64,000 nt of DNA from a virus, in IMG/VR virus record IMGVR_UViG_3300050821_003315; one strand, written 5' to 3'. Below the pieces are notes generated by a model, which saw only the letters and a list, made by a program, of their open reading frames with translations, did not search any database and was not told the origin of the DNA. Below are positions 20,688 through 31,028 of the stretch, in pieces. The translations under genes and the position numbers were made by a program. Position 1 is the first letter of the stretch. Each line of letters starts with the position of its first letter.

Positions 20688-21087
20688 GAGTAACATGCCT
20701 GTTGAGCCTTACACCAGCTACGAAGCCTATTGTGACCTTAGCGAAGATGATGACGGCATACAGCTTTGTGACTGGGAGTGGCAGTGCGGACGCTATCAAA
20801 GTGATGCTGACTGTGAGGTAGAGCTGTGCGTGCACATGCTCAAAGAGCATGGTGTAGCGCGCCCACTGTCGCGAGGCTATCAGTACATGCAGGAAGAACT
20901 TACCAAGCGATTGAAGGTCGTAAATGAGTCGGGTTAGTGTAGACAAGAAAGCCCTGACGAGACTGCTAGCTCAGGCGAGGCAAGACTTTATTGACATCAG
21001 CGCTGAGTTCAGTAGTCGGTCTAACGCACCGTCGTGGTACAGGGAATTCGATGGCTGGGTAGCTGAACTGGACATTCAGGAGCTGCC

Positions 21088-22071
21088 GTGACTGAACGCA
21101 TGTTCCGTGCGCCTGTTATTTCCAGCCTGTGGGACTCGTGCACGAGGCACCTGCAAACTATTAACGTGCGAACAGCAGAAGTCTCCTACGATTACGCGGC
21201 TGACCTGTCCAACAATATCTGGGGCGGCCCAACGGTGTTCATTCATTCCAGTAGCAAGCGTTGGAACCGGGCTGGCGGCCTGGAACATGAGCTGTGGCAG
21301 GTATCGGTCATGGGATTCATCGTAGAAGAGGCTCTGGAAGTAATGCGAGCTGTTGAAGACATGCTAAGTAGTGAGGGTCCTGAAAAGTACGCAAACTATT
21401 ACGGGCATAACTGGCGTTTCCGTGACGGAGAACTAGTACCGGACGAGCTAGCTCGTGTCGGAACGTAAGGCTGACCGCTACCTGCGCCGTAGCGGCACGG
21501 AGAAGCCCTGTCCATGGCCTAGCGCCACGATATACCCCGGTACGCTCAAGGGCGTCACGCAAGCTCTCAAGGACGCACAGATGCTAGCGGTGAACGCCGG
21601 AATAAGCCAGAACGTCTTCGCGTTGTACGGTGACGAGAGGGTCCTGGTCAAGCGCTTTGGGCCTGAGGGGGAAGTAGTGCTAGAAGGGGATTCGCAATGA
21701 CGCTATTCAGTAAGGGCGATGAGGTCATCGTCCGGGAACTGCGCACCAAGATTGACATGCCGGGTTCTACCGGAGCGTGGGTCACCATTCCTGACCCGGA
21801 AGGTTCACCTCGCCAGGCTTTCCTGCCTTATAGCCTAATGGATAAAGTCCGGCCTGAGGTCAAGGTAGGCGATGTGTGGCGCAGCAATCAGGGAACTGAC
21901 TGGTACGTGCGAAAGCTGTGGGCGGCTGCTGACGGTATTGTCATTGAGTCCTTCACGTCTTGTTCAGTTAGCTACAGCTCCATACTACGGGCGGGTTCAG
22001 GACTAGCACGCCCTATAGATAAGTTCTTTGAAGAGCATAAGCCGAAGCTAATGTACCGTACTTCCAGCTAA
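21088..22071 (+). CDS. three hypothetical ORFs (21088-21468, 21455-21700, 21697-22071)
   Basis: coupled ORFs. Confidence 0.55.
21599..21624 (+). promoter_or_regulatory. SigR/SigH-type promoter (intragenic)
   Basis: GGAATA at 21599 and GTT at 21622; upstream of 21697 and the ncRNA candidate. Confidence 0.55.
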
Positions 22072-22086
22072 CAAGCTGGGCTAAGA

Positions 22087-22278
22087 TTCACAGGGACGCG
22101 GGCGGTCTTCCTCCTTTCGCCGCTTACAATAGCCACTTGCTTCGGGTAGGGAATAGGTGAAGGTTTTCCTCGTTAGTTCCGTGCACCTGTTGCGCTACAG
22201 CAGGGTGAACTGACTGAGTTGAGAATCATTGCCGGCATGTGTGAGGCTCTACGGAAAGTGGATACGCGTCCCTGTGAA
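22087..22278 (+). ncRNA. candidate structured ncRNA (~192 nt) with anti-SD loop
   Basis: 14-bp perfect closing stem 22087-22100/22265-22278; internal helices need G-U pairs available on the + strand; fills the gap between convergent genes. Confidence 0.65.
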
Positions 22279-22807
22279 CTATTCTTCTGGTTCATCAGGC
22301 TGCTCCAAAGAAAACAGAATCTCGTTAGCTGCAAGCAGCGCCTGGCCAATGTCGTGAGGCATCAGCTTAGCGCTGTAAAGTCCTTCACCTACCTTGACAA
22401 TCATCAGGAAGCACTGAGCATCAGGCCGTTTCTCCAAGTGCAGGAGTACTTGCTTACCGTCCTTGAGGTTGGCCAGAATCTGGTCCCGCTCAGACACCCC
22501 AATGAACGGAAACTTCTCCAAGACTTTTTCTACGTACGGCAGGGTGAACTTAGTTGCACCCCCAGGGTTATCGTCAAGAGTACCGCTCATGTCACTCCTA
22601 GCTGACCACGAACATAAGGCGGATGTCACCCTTGTCGGTAGTCACGATGTCAGGAAGGGCTTCAATGAAAGCATCTAGTGCCTCGGCTTCAGTAAGTCCT
22701 TCGGAGGCTGCGAGCCTAAGTCCGATATTCTGCGACACCTCAACGGGGTACTCTTCCATAGTGATAGGGTCCGTCGCAGGATTTTGAACCAAGTGCGTTT
22801 CATCCAT
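22279..22807 (-). CDS. two hypothetical ORFs (22598-22807 and 22279-~22590)
   Basis: ORF track; TAGTCT -10 element 6 nt before ATG 22807. Confidence 0.6.
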
Positions 22808-22862
22808 GGCGCAAGACTATCACAGGTAATGAACCATTGCGGATGCGGAAGGGTTTAGTGAC

Positions 22863-23174
22863 ATGACTCGTAAGCTAACGGCAGATGACGCCGAGATGAT
22901 TAAGGTGCTAGGCTCTATCGCAAAAGTTAGTGCGCTGGCTAAAGAGTACGATGTTAACCCGGCTACCATCTACAACGTGCTGAACGGCGTCAGCCACAGC
23001 AAGCCCATTAAGGCCCGCAGTGACCGCACTCTTGGTGACGACACCGTACGAGAAATCAAGCGGCTTAATGCACAGGGACTTAGTGACTGGAAGATTTCAA
23101 AGCAGCCTGGAATGCCGTCTCGCAGTACAGTGCGCCAGATTGTGAATGGCGTTACCTACAGGAATATAGTCTGA
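22863..23174 (+). CDS. tandem HTH DNA-binding protein
   Basis: LAKEYDVNPATIYNVLNG and MPSRSTVRQIVNG repeats. Confidence 0.75.
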   Translation: MTRKLTADDAEMIKVLGSIAKVSALAKEYDVNPATIYNVLNGVSHSKPIKARSDRTLGDDTVREIKRLNAQGLSDWKISKQPGMPSRSTVRQIVNGVTYRNIV

Positions 23175-23515
23175 TGGCTAGGATTACTGCGAAGCAGTTC
23201 AAGGCTGCGGACAAGAACTGTAAGTACCGGAAGTACGTCGGCGCTGACCCTTACACCAAGGACGAGATTGAATTCTACGTGGCGCTACGCGACCACCTAG
23301 AGTACGAAATTGAGAACTCTCGTGCAGGCTGGCTAGACAAGCGCTTCCGGTGGCGCATGAGCGAGGAATGGCTGAAGGATGTGCAGCGTGCTCATCCTGA
23401 GCAGGCCGGGATTATCATCGGCAACCTTCGCGGCTACTGGATTGACCTTAGCGATGAGTACGGAATCCCGGAGCTGGTAGAAATTACCACTCCCGAGCAG
23501 GAGCTTGAAGAGTAG
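23174..23515 (+). CDS. hypothetical protein
   Basis: coupled ORF. Confidence 0.6.
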   Translation: MARITAKQFKAADKNCKYRKYVGADPYTKDEIEFYVALRDHLEYEIENSRAGWLDKRFRWRMSEEWLKDVQRAHPEQAGIIIGNLRGYWIDLSDEYGIPELVEITTPEQELEE

Positions 23516-23843
23516 GCTTCCCGTAATCAGGAATCGGCAGTCCTGTCAGCTCACGTAGCCTGCGTATGGCCCGCTCAATGGTGTAGCCACCCCTAATTTG
23601 ATTACAGTAAATGTTCTTGCCCGCAGCACGAGAGCACTCACGGCAAGGATTACCAGGCGAACCATGAACGGGACGTAGGTTTGTAACGTCGTGCTTACGA
23701 GCTTCATTTTCAGTCTGTGGCTCAACGTGGTCCAGGTGCTTAGCATCATGATGGCTGCAAAGGTGGCAACGGTCGCCCCAGCGCTCGAATACGAACTTGG
23801 TCATGCGCCTATACACGGAACCAGAGGCGTACTTAGAAGTCAT
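23484..23843 (-). CDS. HNH endonuclease
   Basis: CHLC..LDHVEP..NLRPVH..CNQIRG. Confidence 0.8.
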   Translation of the reverse strand: MTSKYASGSVYRRMTKFVFERWGDRCHLCSHHDAKHLDHVEPQTENEARKHDVTNLRPVHGSPGNPCRECSRAAGKNIYCNQIRGGYTIERAIRRLRELTGLPIPDYGKPTLQAPAREW

Positions 23844-24277
23844 TAGTGTCGTCCCGGTGGCAAAATGTGTGGCGTTTCTCTTACCGTTTCAGACTCCTTG
23901 GCACCACCCGCACCGCCGTGTCCCTTACGAGACCTGCGATAATGGTCCAGCCAGCTTGACTTTTCATCTGGCACGGCTGGCTTATCGCTGTCATCCATCT
24001 CGGGTGACTCGTCTTCGCCCTCTTCATGCTCTTGATTGGTTCCACCTGACAACAGGTGACGTAGCGCCCTAAGCTCCTCCTTGACCTCAGTAAGACCACC
24101 AGGTGTGCTGGTGTCTAGCAGGTCTTCCTGACGCGCCTGAGCAGCCTTGACGCCCCGCAGAGGACGTGCGGCTATAGTCCGGGCAGCGCCCAAGCCAATA
24201 GCACTGGCCAGGATGTCCCTGTAGAAACCGTTAAGTTCTAGCCAATGATAAATAGCGAAGTACCATGCGAAGCTCAT
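23843..24277 (-). CDS. membrane-anchored hypothetical protein
   Basis: hydrophobic N-terminus; LDTSTPGGL. Confidence 0.6.
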   Translation of the reverse strand: MSFAWYFAIYHWLELNGFYRDILASAIGLGAARTIAARPLRGVKAAQARQEDLLDTSTPGGLTEVKEELRALRHLLSGGTNQEHEEGEDESPEMDDSDKPAVPDEKSSWLDHYRRSRKGHGGAGGAKESETVRETPHILPPGRH

Positions 24278-25676
24278 GTATTAAGTCTATGCTTTTTCTC
24301 ACTTCAATGGGAATTTGTGCAGTGATACATTCACCAGAAGTTGTCCATGTCCAGTTATGCCTAGGACATTCAATAACCCCGTCGCAGATAGTTGCGATGG
24401 ACAAACTCTCACCGGCATGGGGGCAGTACTTAGGCAGAATAAGACCGTCACGAGTAATGGTCTCGCTAGCTCGCTGTGCCCGATGCATAGCACGCGTCTG
24501 AGCCGGCCTGTCTCCAAACGAAAGTAGTCCCATGAGCTTGTAATCGTACTTGTCAGGCTTGCGCTTAAGCTTGATGCGGTTAGAAAGCAGCGCCGTCTCC
24601 CACGTTGCCCGGCCGTCCAGTACAGCACGTAGCACGCGCGGTGGGACGTTCATGAAGTAATGAGGGTCAAAGCTTTCCTCAAGCTCGTCCTCCACTACGC
24701 CTAGCTGGATTTGCCAGTCATCCCGCCCGGAGTAAACGGCTAGGTCGTTACGATAGTCACCCATGAACCTGCTATTTGCACGCTCAAGATTCTTGAAGTG
24801 CGCTGCTAGCTCGTGAGATTCAGCAGGAGCATCGTCTTCCTCAAACCAAGAACGCCACTCGTGGCGACGGTCGTTAAGGTAGTCCGTGAAGAAATAGATA
24901 CCGCCGTGCATAGCTCGATGCAGCTTAATATCAGGACACTGCCGTTCAATTTCCTCTTCTACATCAACAAACTGAGGAAAGATACCGCTGAAGTTATAGT
25001 GTCGCAACTCAGGGTCCAGGAATACAGCTGGCCCAGCCGATGGCAGGTACTGCTTAGCGCCTGTGAGCTTGATGCGACGGCAAAGCCTGTCGATATTGTT
25101 CTTGACGACTTCATCGGCTTTGGCAACTTGCTGGGACTGTGTGTAATCATAGCAGTGAGGGTACCAGAAAGCCCCAGAGTACTGTGCAGCTAGCAGGTCT
25201 ATGCCCTGCGGCCAATCACTTGCAGCTAGCTCACAATCATTGCTATTCAGAAAACGATAATTTGTTACTAGGTCTTCACACAGAAGAGCAGAGTCTTCCT
25301 TGTGGGACTGGTCAATTAGCATGGTGACATCAAGGCTATCGAATAGCCAGTAGCTGTCTCGGTGTGACATTTCCTTGACGTTGGTGAAGCCCAGCTCTTT
25401 GATTTCCTTAGCCAAATAGCGCGAACGAAACCTAGGAACGAGAACTTCGATGCCCTTGTCAGGCATCGTCTTCAAGAACTCACGGTCGAAATGGTCCTCA
25501 TGCGCATGCGAGATGTACAAGGCGTCAGCGGTGCGCGCCGCATTCATGTGGTGCCTGTTATCAGGCCATGGGAACCACGACTTAAGGAACGCAGGGTTAA
25601 ACCACGGGTCGCAGACTAGCTTCTTGTCACCTGACGTGATGATGAAACCGGCGTGGCCGATGTGCTCAACTTCCAC
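24231..25676 (-). CDS. metallo-beta-lactamase-fold plus C-terminal Rieske [2Fe-2S] protein (CMP-Neu5Ac hydroxylase/Rv3818-like)
   Basis: GHAGF..CDPWFNPAFLKSWFPWPDN, SHAHEDH, DSALL, YSGAFWYP, PSAGPAVFLD; Rieske CPH..CPRH. Confidence 0.85.
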   Translation of the reverse strand: MEVEHIGHAGFIITSGDKKLVCDPWFNPAFLKSWFPWPDNRHHMNAARTADALYISHAHEDHFDREFLKTMPDKGIEVLVPRFRSRYLAKEIKELGFTNVKEMSHRDSYWLFDSLDVTMLIDQSHKEDSALLCEDLVTNYRFLNSNDCELAASDWPQGIDLLAAQYSGAFWYPHCYDYTQSQQVAKADEVVKNNIDRLCRRIKLTGAKQYLPSAGPAVFLDPELRHYNFSGIFPQFVDVEEEIERQCPDIKLHRAMHGGIYFFTDYLNDRRHEWRSWFEEDDAPAESHELAAHFKNLERANSRFMGDYRNDLAVYSGRDDWQIQLGVVEDELEESFDPHYFMNVPPRVLRAVLDGRATWETALLSNRIKLKRKPDKYDYKLMGLLSFGDRPAQTRAMHRAQRASETITRDGLILPKYCPHAGESLSIATICDGVIECPRHNWTWTTSGECITAQIPIEVRKSIDLIHELRMVLRYLSLART

Positions 25677-26696
25677 GGTTCATATCCTCTAGGATAGGGC
25701 CTAGGTAGAATTCGATATCCTGCATGTGGCAGGGACCTTGCTGTGCGTTCACCCACGCATGCAGCTCATCGGCATCGTCAGTAACGAACTGCTCGTACTT
25801 CTCGTTAGTGGCTAGATAGCGGCCGACTAGCTTAAGCTTGCCATCGTGGTTATATATCATCTGCGCGCTCCGAGAAATGGTAGTCACAGAAGTACACGTA
25901 GTCTTCGCTATTCCAGATTTCACCGGTAAAAGGGTCGCGCTGAAGCGTTCCCGGCTGCCCGCACGGGTAGCTGGTGTTACTGCTGGGCCAGTAAACAGGA
26001 CGCTGGCACATGCCGGGAGTGCCTATTTCAACAGGAGTCCCTATCTCAAAGTGAGCCGTCATCAATTACTCCAGTGGTCACGGCAAACGTGTATCTTCGC
26101 GCTGCACCAGGCTAGTTCGTAATCAGCTTCCTGCTTGCAAGGGCCCCATGTGCCGTCCGGCCGTTGAAGATTGTAATCACAAATGTATACTCGCAACTCG
26201 GTCATTGCTCTTCAAACCCCCAGCACCCGCACTTGAAACAGCTACTCTCGGTATCTACGGTGGAAGACCCATGAGACGAACGCGGATGCCCGCAGGTGCA
26301 CACGTCGTAAGGCTCTGGCGTAAACATCAGGACAACGCGCCCCAAATTAGCAGCCAAATGATGAACAAGTTCAGCACAGTAGTAATAGCTCGTATAGCTG
26401 AGTTATCTTGCTTCACGATACTGATGAGTGTTGACAGCGCACAGATAAGTGCGGCAAAACTAAACAATGCATAACGCAGGTACATGATTACCACCCATCC
26501 GGAGCGTCTGCCCATCCCTCGTCATAACCGAACGCCTCACCTTGGCTGAAAGCTTTCTCGATAAGCGCCTCCAGGAGATAGTAGTCCGTAGCAGCCAGGT
26601 CACTAGCGCCGGTGATACCGTACATTTCCTCGTTTAGCGCTGTGAGCTTGTACAGTCGTTCCCCGTCTCGTACTTGCCGCTCACGTTCAGTCCACT

Positions 26697-26840
26697 TCAT
26701 GACAGGATTACCTTACCTGTAAGGTCTGTAGCTACCGCGGTCAACGGAGTGCCGTCCTTGAACACGACTTGAGAATCGCTCTCGTCAAGACCGCCCAAGC
26801 CGAGTCCGGTGAGCTGGGTGAGTAGCTGCTGCACAGTCAT
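26697..26840 (-). CDS. small hypothetical protein (leaderless)
   Basis: ATG 9 nt after the minus-strand GTT. Confidence 0.6.
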   Translation of the reverse strand: MTVQQLLTQLTGLGLGGLDESDSQVVFKDGTPLTAVATDLTGKVILS

Positions 26841-26849
26841 GACAACGAT

Positions 26850-26875
26850 AACACTCTCGCGGCTTACTGTATTCC
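26850..26875 (-). promoter_or_regulatory. SigR/SigH-type promoter, leaderless
   Basis: minus-strand GGAATA-N17-GTT; ATG at 26840. Confidence 0.8.
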
Positions 26876-27259
26876 CTGGCAATGGTCTGTGAAGTAGTAC
26901 GCCGCCCACGTCGTAGGCTCGAACTGAGCAATGACGTTATCGTCTGCGTCAAGAAAGAACAGAGTGCTGAATCCCTCATCGTTCTTGGAACCGAAGTCAA
27001 GGTCAGCTACCTTACGGAACGTAACCAGCTTGCCGTTACCTAGCAAAACAGTTACGTTCCGAAGCTTCTTCTCTTCTTCTGCCAGCACTACAGGCTTTTG
27101 AGAATGCAGCTTGTCCTTAAGCCTAGCGCGGTGCGCCTCTTCAATATCTGTCTTGGCCTTTTCACGGAATGACTCTAGTCTCTCTGGCGTATAGCCTTCG
27201 AGAGCCATCATCTCTTCCGGCGAGTAAGCACCGGGGACCTGCCCGAAGTTCTCGTTCAT
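26864..27259 (-). CDS. hypothetical protein (leaderless)
   Basis: GGTAGGCT 6 nt before ATG. Confidence 0.65.
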   Translation of the reverse strand: MNENFGQVPGAYSPEEMMALEGYTPERLESFREKAKTDIEEAHRARLKDKLHSQKPVVLAEEEKKLRNVTVLLGNGKLVTFRKVADLDFGSKNDEGFSTLFFLDADDNVIAQFEPTTWAAYYFTDHCQGIQ

Positions 27260-27290
27260 GTCCCTAGCCTACCTCATGCGCGGCAGTGAA

Positions 27291-27548
27291 CTAGATGGTG
27301 GTGAGGATGGTGGGGAGCTTGGCCAGCAGGGCGTCTACAACGTCCTTGACAGCCGTCTTAACCAGTGCCTCTACTTCGGGGGTGTCTGCCTTGACGGCAG
27401 CGATAGCAGCGTCCTCCGCTGCCTGAAGGGCAGTGAGAACGGCCACGCGGTCCTTGGCAACGATGTTGGCGACGATTTGCTCGTCGGCCTTGGCGGTCTT
27501 CTCGACTCCGAGGAACAGGGCCTTAAGGCGAAGAATTAGTTCGTTCAT
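27291..27548 (-). CDS. small Ala/Val-rich helical protein
   Basis: GGTACGAT 6 nt before ATG 27548. Confidence 0.6.
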   Translation of the reverse strand: MNELILRLKALFLGVEKTAKADEQIVANIVAKDRVAVLTALQAAEDAAIAAVKADTPEVEALVKTAVKDVVDALLAKLPTILTTI

Positions 27549-27549
27549 A

Positions 27550-27575
27550 GGAATATCGTACCATGGCTCAGCGTT
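27550..27575 (+). promoter_or_regulatory. SigR/SigH-type promoter, leaderless, overlapping a divergent TACGAT promoter
   Basis: GGAATA at 27550, GTT at 27573, ATG at 27585. Confidence 0.8.
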
Positions 27576-27584
27576 AGTATGGAC

Positions 27585-27746
27585 ATGAAGACTGAGTACG
27601 AGCGGCGGCGGGACACTATTGTCTGGGAGCTGTGCAAGAAGTGGCAGAAAACTCAGCACAAGGGAATACCTATTGCACTGATGGACGTGCTAGGTGACGC
27701 TTACGAAATAGGCTACAAAGACGGCGAAAGCGATAAGCATGCCTAA
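27585..27746 (+). CDS. 53-aa hypothetical protein (leaderless)
   Basis: MKTEYERRRD...; overlaps start of the RF-like gene. Confidence 0.6.
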   Translation: MKTEYERRRDTIVWELCKKWQKTQHKGIPIALMDVLGDAYEIGYKDGESDKHA

Positions 27747-28092
27747 GAAAGAACATGTGTTCTCTGTGACCCTTAAAGACTGTGAGGTCCAAGACTTCTC
27801 TGCCGGAGGTCCCGGTGGGCAACATCAGAACACTAGTAACACAGGCATCAGAATCATCCATCACCCGTCCGGAGCACGTGGCGAGTCGCGAGAAGAGCGC
27901 TCCCAGCTAATGAACAAGCGACGTGCATTCCGACGCATGACAGAGCATGCTTTGTTCAAGCTGTGGGTCAACAGGCAACTGTGGTATCGCGGTCAGTCTC
28001 CCGAGCAGCGCGTAGATAAAGACATGCAGGACAAGAACCTTCGCGTGGAGATAAAGGACGGCAAGCAGTGGAAGGTGGTGGACGATGCCTAA
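27739..28092 (+). CDS. stand-alone class I release-factor GGQ domain (peptidyl-tRNA hydrolase, ArfB/PrfH-like)
   Basis: AGGPGGQHQNTSNTGIRIIHHPSG..ERSQLMNK. Confidence 0.9.
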   Translation: MPKKEHVFSVTLKDCEVQDFSAGGPGGQHQNTSNTGIRIIHHPSGARGESREERSQLMNKRRAFRRMTEHALFKLWVNRQLWYRGQSPEQRVDKDMQDKNLRVEIKDGKQWKVVDDA

Positions 28093-28547
28093 GAAAAAGG
28101 ACAGCTTTGCGTACATGGAATCGTGGTGGTTCTGGCTACTACCTATGAGGCTTAAAGAAAAGGTCATGGCCCGTCACTATTTTAAGACCGCAGGAAGGAA
28201 GACACTATGAGTGCTAACGTAACCTGGAAAGACCTAACCGTACAATATCCCGAGTTCGTTCAGTGGGTAGTGGCTCGTTTCGGCCCGCTCCCAGACGGCA
28301 AAGTTACTCAAGCAGACTACGAGTGCTTCGCAGAAGCCTACAGGAATCAGTAGGAGACATCAGTGAGTGCTGACTGGGAATCTGAAGATGGACGCTACCG
28401 CGCGTTCGTTAACAAAGGAACTGTCAGGGTTCAGGAATATATTGTCGATGACGGATGGTTTAATGTAGATACGTGGGTACCTGTCGGTGAGTACACACGC
28501 GAGACGCTGGATTTTGCCGACAAGATTCTGAGAGAGCTGGGGCTGTA

Positions 28548-29090
28548 ATGTTCACGACCATACGCCTCCTTGAAATTAAGGATGAAGTCAGAAACTGGTG
28601 TGCCGAGCATGGCTGGGACGACATGGTTGTCCAGGTTCCTGAGGCTATGGCGCTGGTGCACACAGAGATTGTGGAAGCCTGGCAAGCGTACAAGAACGCT
28701 CGCTTCATCCCTTACCAGTCTCCGTCTGGCGGTCCTGACGGATTCGGTATTGAACTGGCTGATGTCTTCATTCGCACTATGGACAATATCGGACGCTACG
28801 AAGTTCCTGTTTCTCACGACCTTGTTCCTTACGTCACCTGGGACATGGGCACACTAGACGAGTACGACATGGTTAGCCGCTGCCTGAATGACATGCATGC
28901 TTGTGCTGCTGCTGTAACAGAGTCCTACAGGATTACTGGTGAACGAGAAGTAGGACGTGGCCTAGGCTTGCTGCTAGGTACGGTAGATGCCTGTGCGCAG
29001 TTGTTCGAGCTTAACCTTGAGCTGGACTACATGCGCAAGATGGAATACAACGCCACTAGGGCCTATCGCAATGGCGGGAAGAGGATATAG
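28548..29090 (+). CDS. MazG-like nucleotide pyrophosphohydrolase (duplicated domain)
   Basis: ALVHTEIVEA, ELADVFIRTMD, KMEYNATRAYRNGGK. Confidence 0.85.
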   Translation: MFTTIRLLEIKDEVRNWCAEHGWDDMVVQVPEAMALVHTEIVEAWQAYKNARFIPYQSPSGGPDGFGIELADVFIRTMDNIGRYEVPVSHDLVPYVTWDMGTLDEYDMVSRCLNDMHACAAAVTESYRITGEREVGRGLGLLLGTVDACAQLFELNLELDYMRKMEYNATRAYRNGGKRI

Positions 29091-29893
29091 TGGCTGGAAC
29101 AGGATTTCATCCAGAAGGTCACGTGCCCGTGAAGTACTTTGGTTCGCTACAAGGGGTCATGACCATCTGCACTAACTGCTCAGAAGTTGACCCGGAGAAA
29201 GGAAGCGAGTGCATCGATGACTACTGACGGATACCGCAACAGCTACGAGCTGGCCTCAAAGGCTGACTGGGAAGGAAACTTCACTGAACTTGTCATGAGC
29301 TACGGGCTTGCGCTAAGTGACCTACCTCCTGACCTGCCTGAAGACGTGTACCACGCTGCTTTGCGCTGTATAGATGCTAAAGACGACTTCCAGCTAGTGC
29401 AGGACTACCTAACTAACGCCCTTGACCACTGCCCTTACCCGGACAGCGAAGATTAATGCCTAGCGATATCGAGAACCCGCCTATCAAATCAGCGCGGGAC
29501 GTTAGGCTAGCGTGGCGACTAATTAATAGTCAGATGTATCACGGAGCGCTCCAAGACAAGCTTGGAGACGACTGCTGGGAAGCTCTAGAGCGCGTCCGCG
29601 ATATGGTTGAGTATGCAGCTATCGAATTTGGTATCGACTTGCATGGTGTCATGAATGGTTAAGCTAAATAGCAGCGATAAGCGCTGCATGGAACGGCTGT
29701 ACGCTATGGTTGCCGGGAATAGGGGGCGCATAGTATGGCGTGAGGAACACGAAACTGTAACGGCCGAAGTCTACCTAGATGACACTAAGCTAGCTATCTT
29801 TGAGCACACTAATAACGTTACTGCCTGTACCTTCCCTTCGCAGGAAAGCACAGGCAGTAAACGACGCATAATTCTTTGGGACGAAAGCTACAA

Positions 29894-30982
29894 CTAGACA
29901 ACGAGGCTGTAGGTGGCTGCCTTAGCGCCGACAACATCGGCGCGAACAGTTACCTTGTAAGTCCACTCACGATGAACGCTTACCTGAGCAGCGTTAGTGC
30001 TAACTACCTGAGAAGTAACCTTACCGTCCTGCTGTGACAGCAGTACTACGTACTTAGTCGCACCCGGAATTACGTCCCAGCTAATCGTCGCTGTTACGTA
30101 ATCAGATACCGTTAGTTGTGCCGGAGCAGGCGTCGGTGGTACCGGGGGAACCGGGGGAGCGGGAGTGGGGTTCGGAATAGGCTTGGACTTCTTGTTTACT
30201 AGAGCGCCCCACGTAGCAGGTCCTACGATACCATCGGCTGCTAGCTTGTTCACTGACTGGAACTCCTGTACAGCCTTCTTGACGGTAGGACCGAACGCAT
30301 CCGGACCACCATCAGCATTGCCTAGCTGAGCGTTGTGAGAATCCAGTAGAATTCGCAGCTTGTCAACAGCAGCCTTGTTCGTGCTACCTTCCTGTATGGT
30401 AGGCTCCTGCGGCGGGGGAAGAGGCCCGGTGCCAACCATGTACGTCGGCACGATAGACGTATCGTAAGCATTGTTAGTGGCGTACTGAGTAGCGTCTGCC
30501 TGCGGATAACCGCACGTACCGGGACCGCAGATATGCGCGCCGATGTAGTGCGCTGACCAGATGAAGTAAGACGAGCGAGGAATTCCCGCTGAGGTCAGAG
30601 CGTTCACAATGGACGAAGTCCAGCTAGCGCTGCCGTAGAACCACGGCTTAACAGCGCCACCGTGACTAGAGTTATGCCAGAAGCCGGGAGCGTTAGCCGG
30701 CACAGCGTCGCCAGGCTCGATGTCAATGCACATAGCGCCGTTAGCGCCGTTCGGAGAGACACTTACAATATAAGCACGCGGGAATCGTGCGCGCATCTCC
30801 GTCAAGTTGGCATAAGTACCGTTGTAGTAGCCTGCGTAGGCAGGAAAGCCTGGTTGTAGGTCAGATACAGTAACCGCATCTTCCATATAGATAACAGGCG
30901 TGCCCTTAAGCGCGCCTAGCTGCGGCGATACTGCCGATGCGACCCTCGTCTTGAGGGTCTTAAGAGAGCGAACGATAGGCAC
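29894..30982 (-). CDS. endolysin: GH25-like muramidase plus peptidoglycan-binding and FN3-like domains
   Basis: CIDIEPGD, PWFYGS, WSAHY, ATQY; PG-binding FGPTVKKAVQEFQ..LAADGIVGPATW; ORF track start 31012, SD-supported GTG at 30982. Confidence 0.8.
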   Translation of the reverse strand: MPIVRSLKTLKTRVASAVSPQLGALKGTPVIYMEDAVTVSDLQPGFPAYAGYYNGTYANLTEMRARFPRAYIVSVSPNGANGAMCIDIEPGDAVPANAPGFWHNSSHGGAVKPWFYGSASWTSSIVNALTSAGIPRSSYFIWSAHYIGAHICGPGTCGYPQADATQYATNNAYDTSIVPTYMVGTGPLPPPQEPTIQEGSTNKAAVDKLRILLDSHNAQLGNADGGPDAFGPTVKKAVQEFQSVNKLAADGIVGPATWGALVNKKSKPIPNPTPAPPVPPVPPTPAPAQLTVSDYVTATISWDVIPGATKYVVLLSQQDGKVTSQVVSTNAAQVSVHREWTYKVTVRADVVGAKAATYSLVV

Positions 30983-31028
30983 GGTATCCTCCAGGTGTGA
31001 CTGCTCACTCAAAGGATACCGTGCTTAG

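Noticed and set aside
22087-22278. Retron msr-msd or hammerhead ribozyme
   Set aside because: No reverse transcriptase in the window; CTGACTGA does not match the CUGANGA core in the required junction
27739-28092. Release factor as evidence of stop-codon reassignment
   Set aside because: It lacks the codon-recognition domain, and long conserved genes read intact in the standard code using TAA, TAG and TGA stops
1242-28460. Near-match promoters at 1242 and 22150 (spacer 1 nt short), 28434 (1 nt long) and 27663 (GTG instead of GTT)
   Set aside because: Spacing or sequence deviates and most lie in coding sequence; excluded from the count of 13
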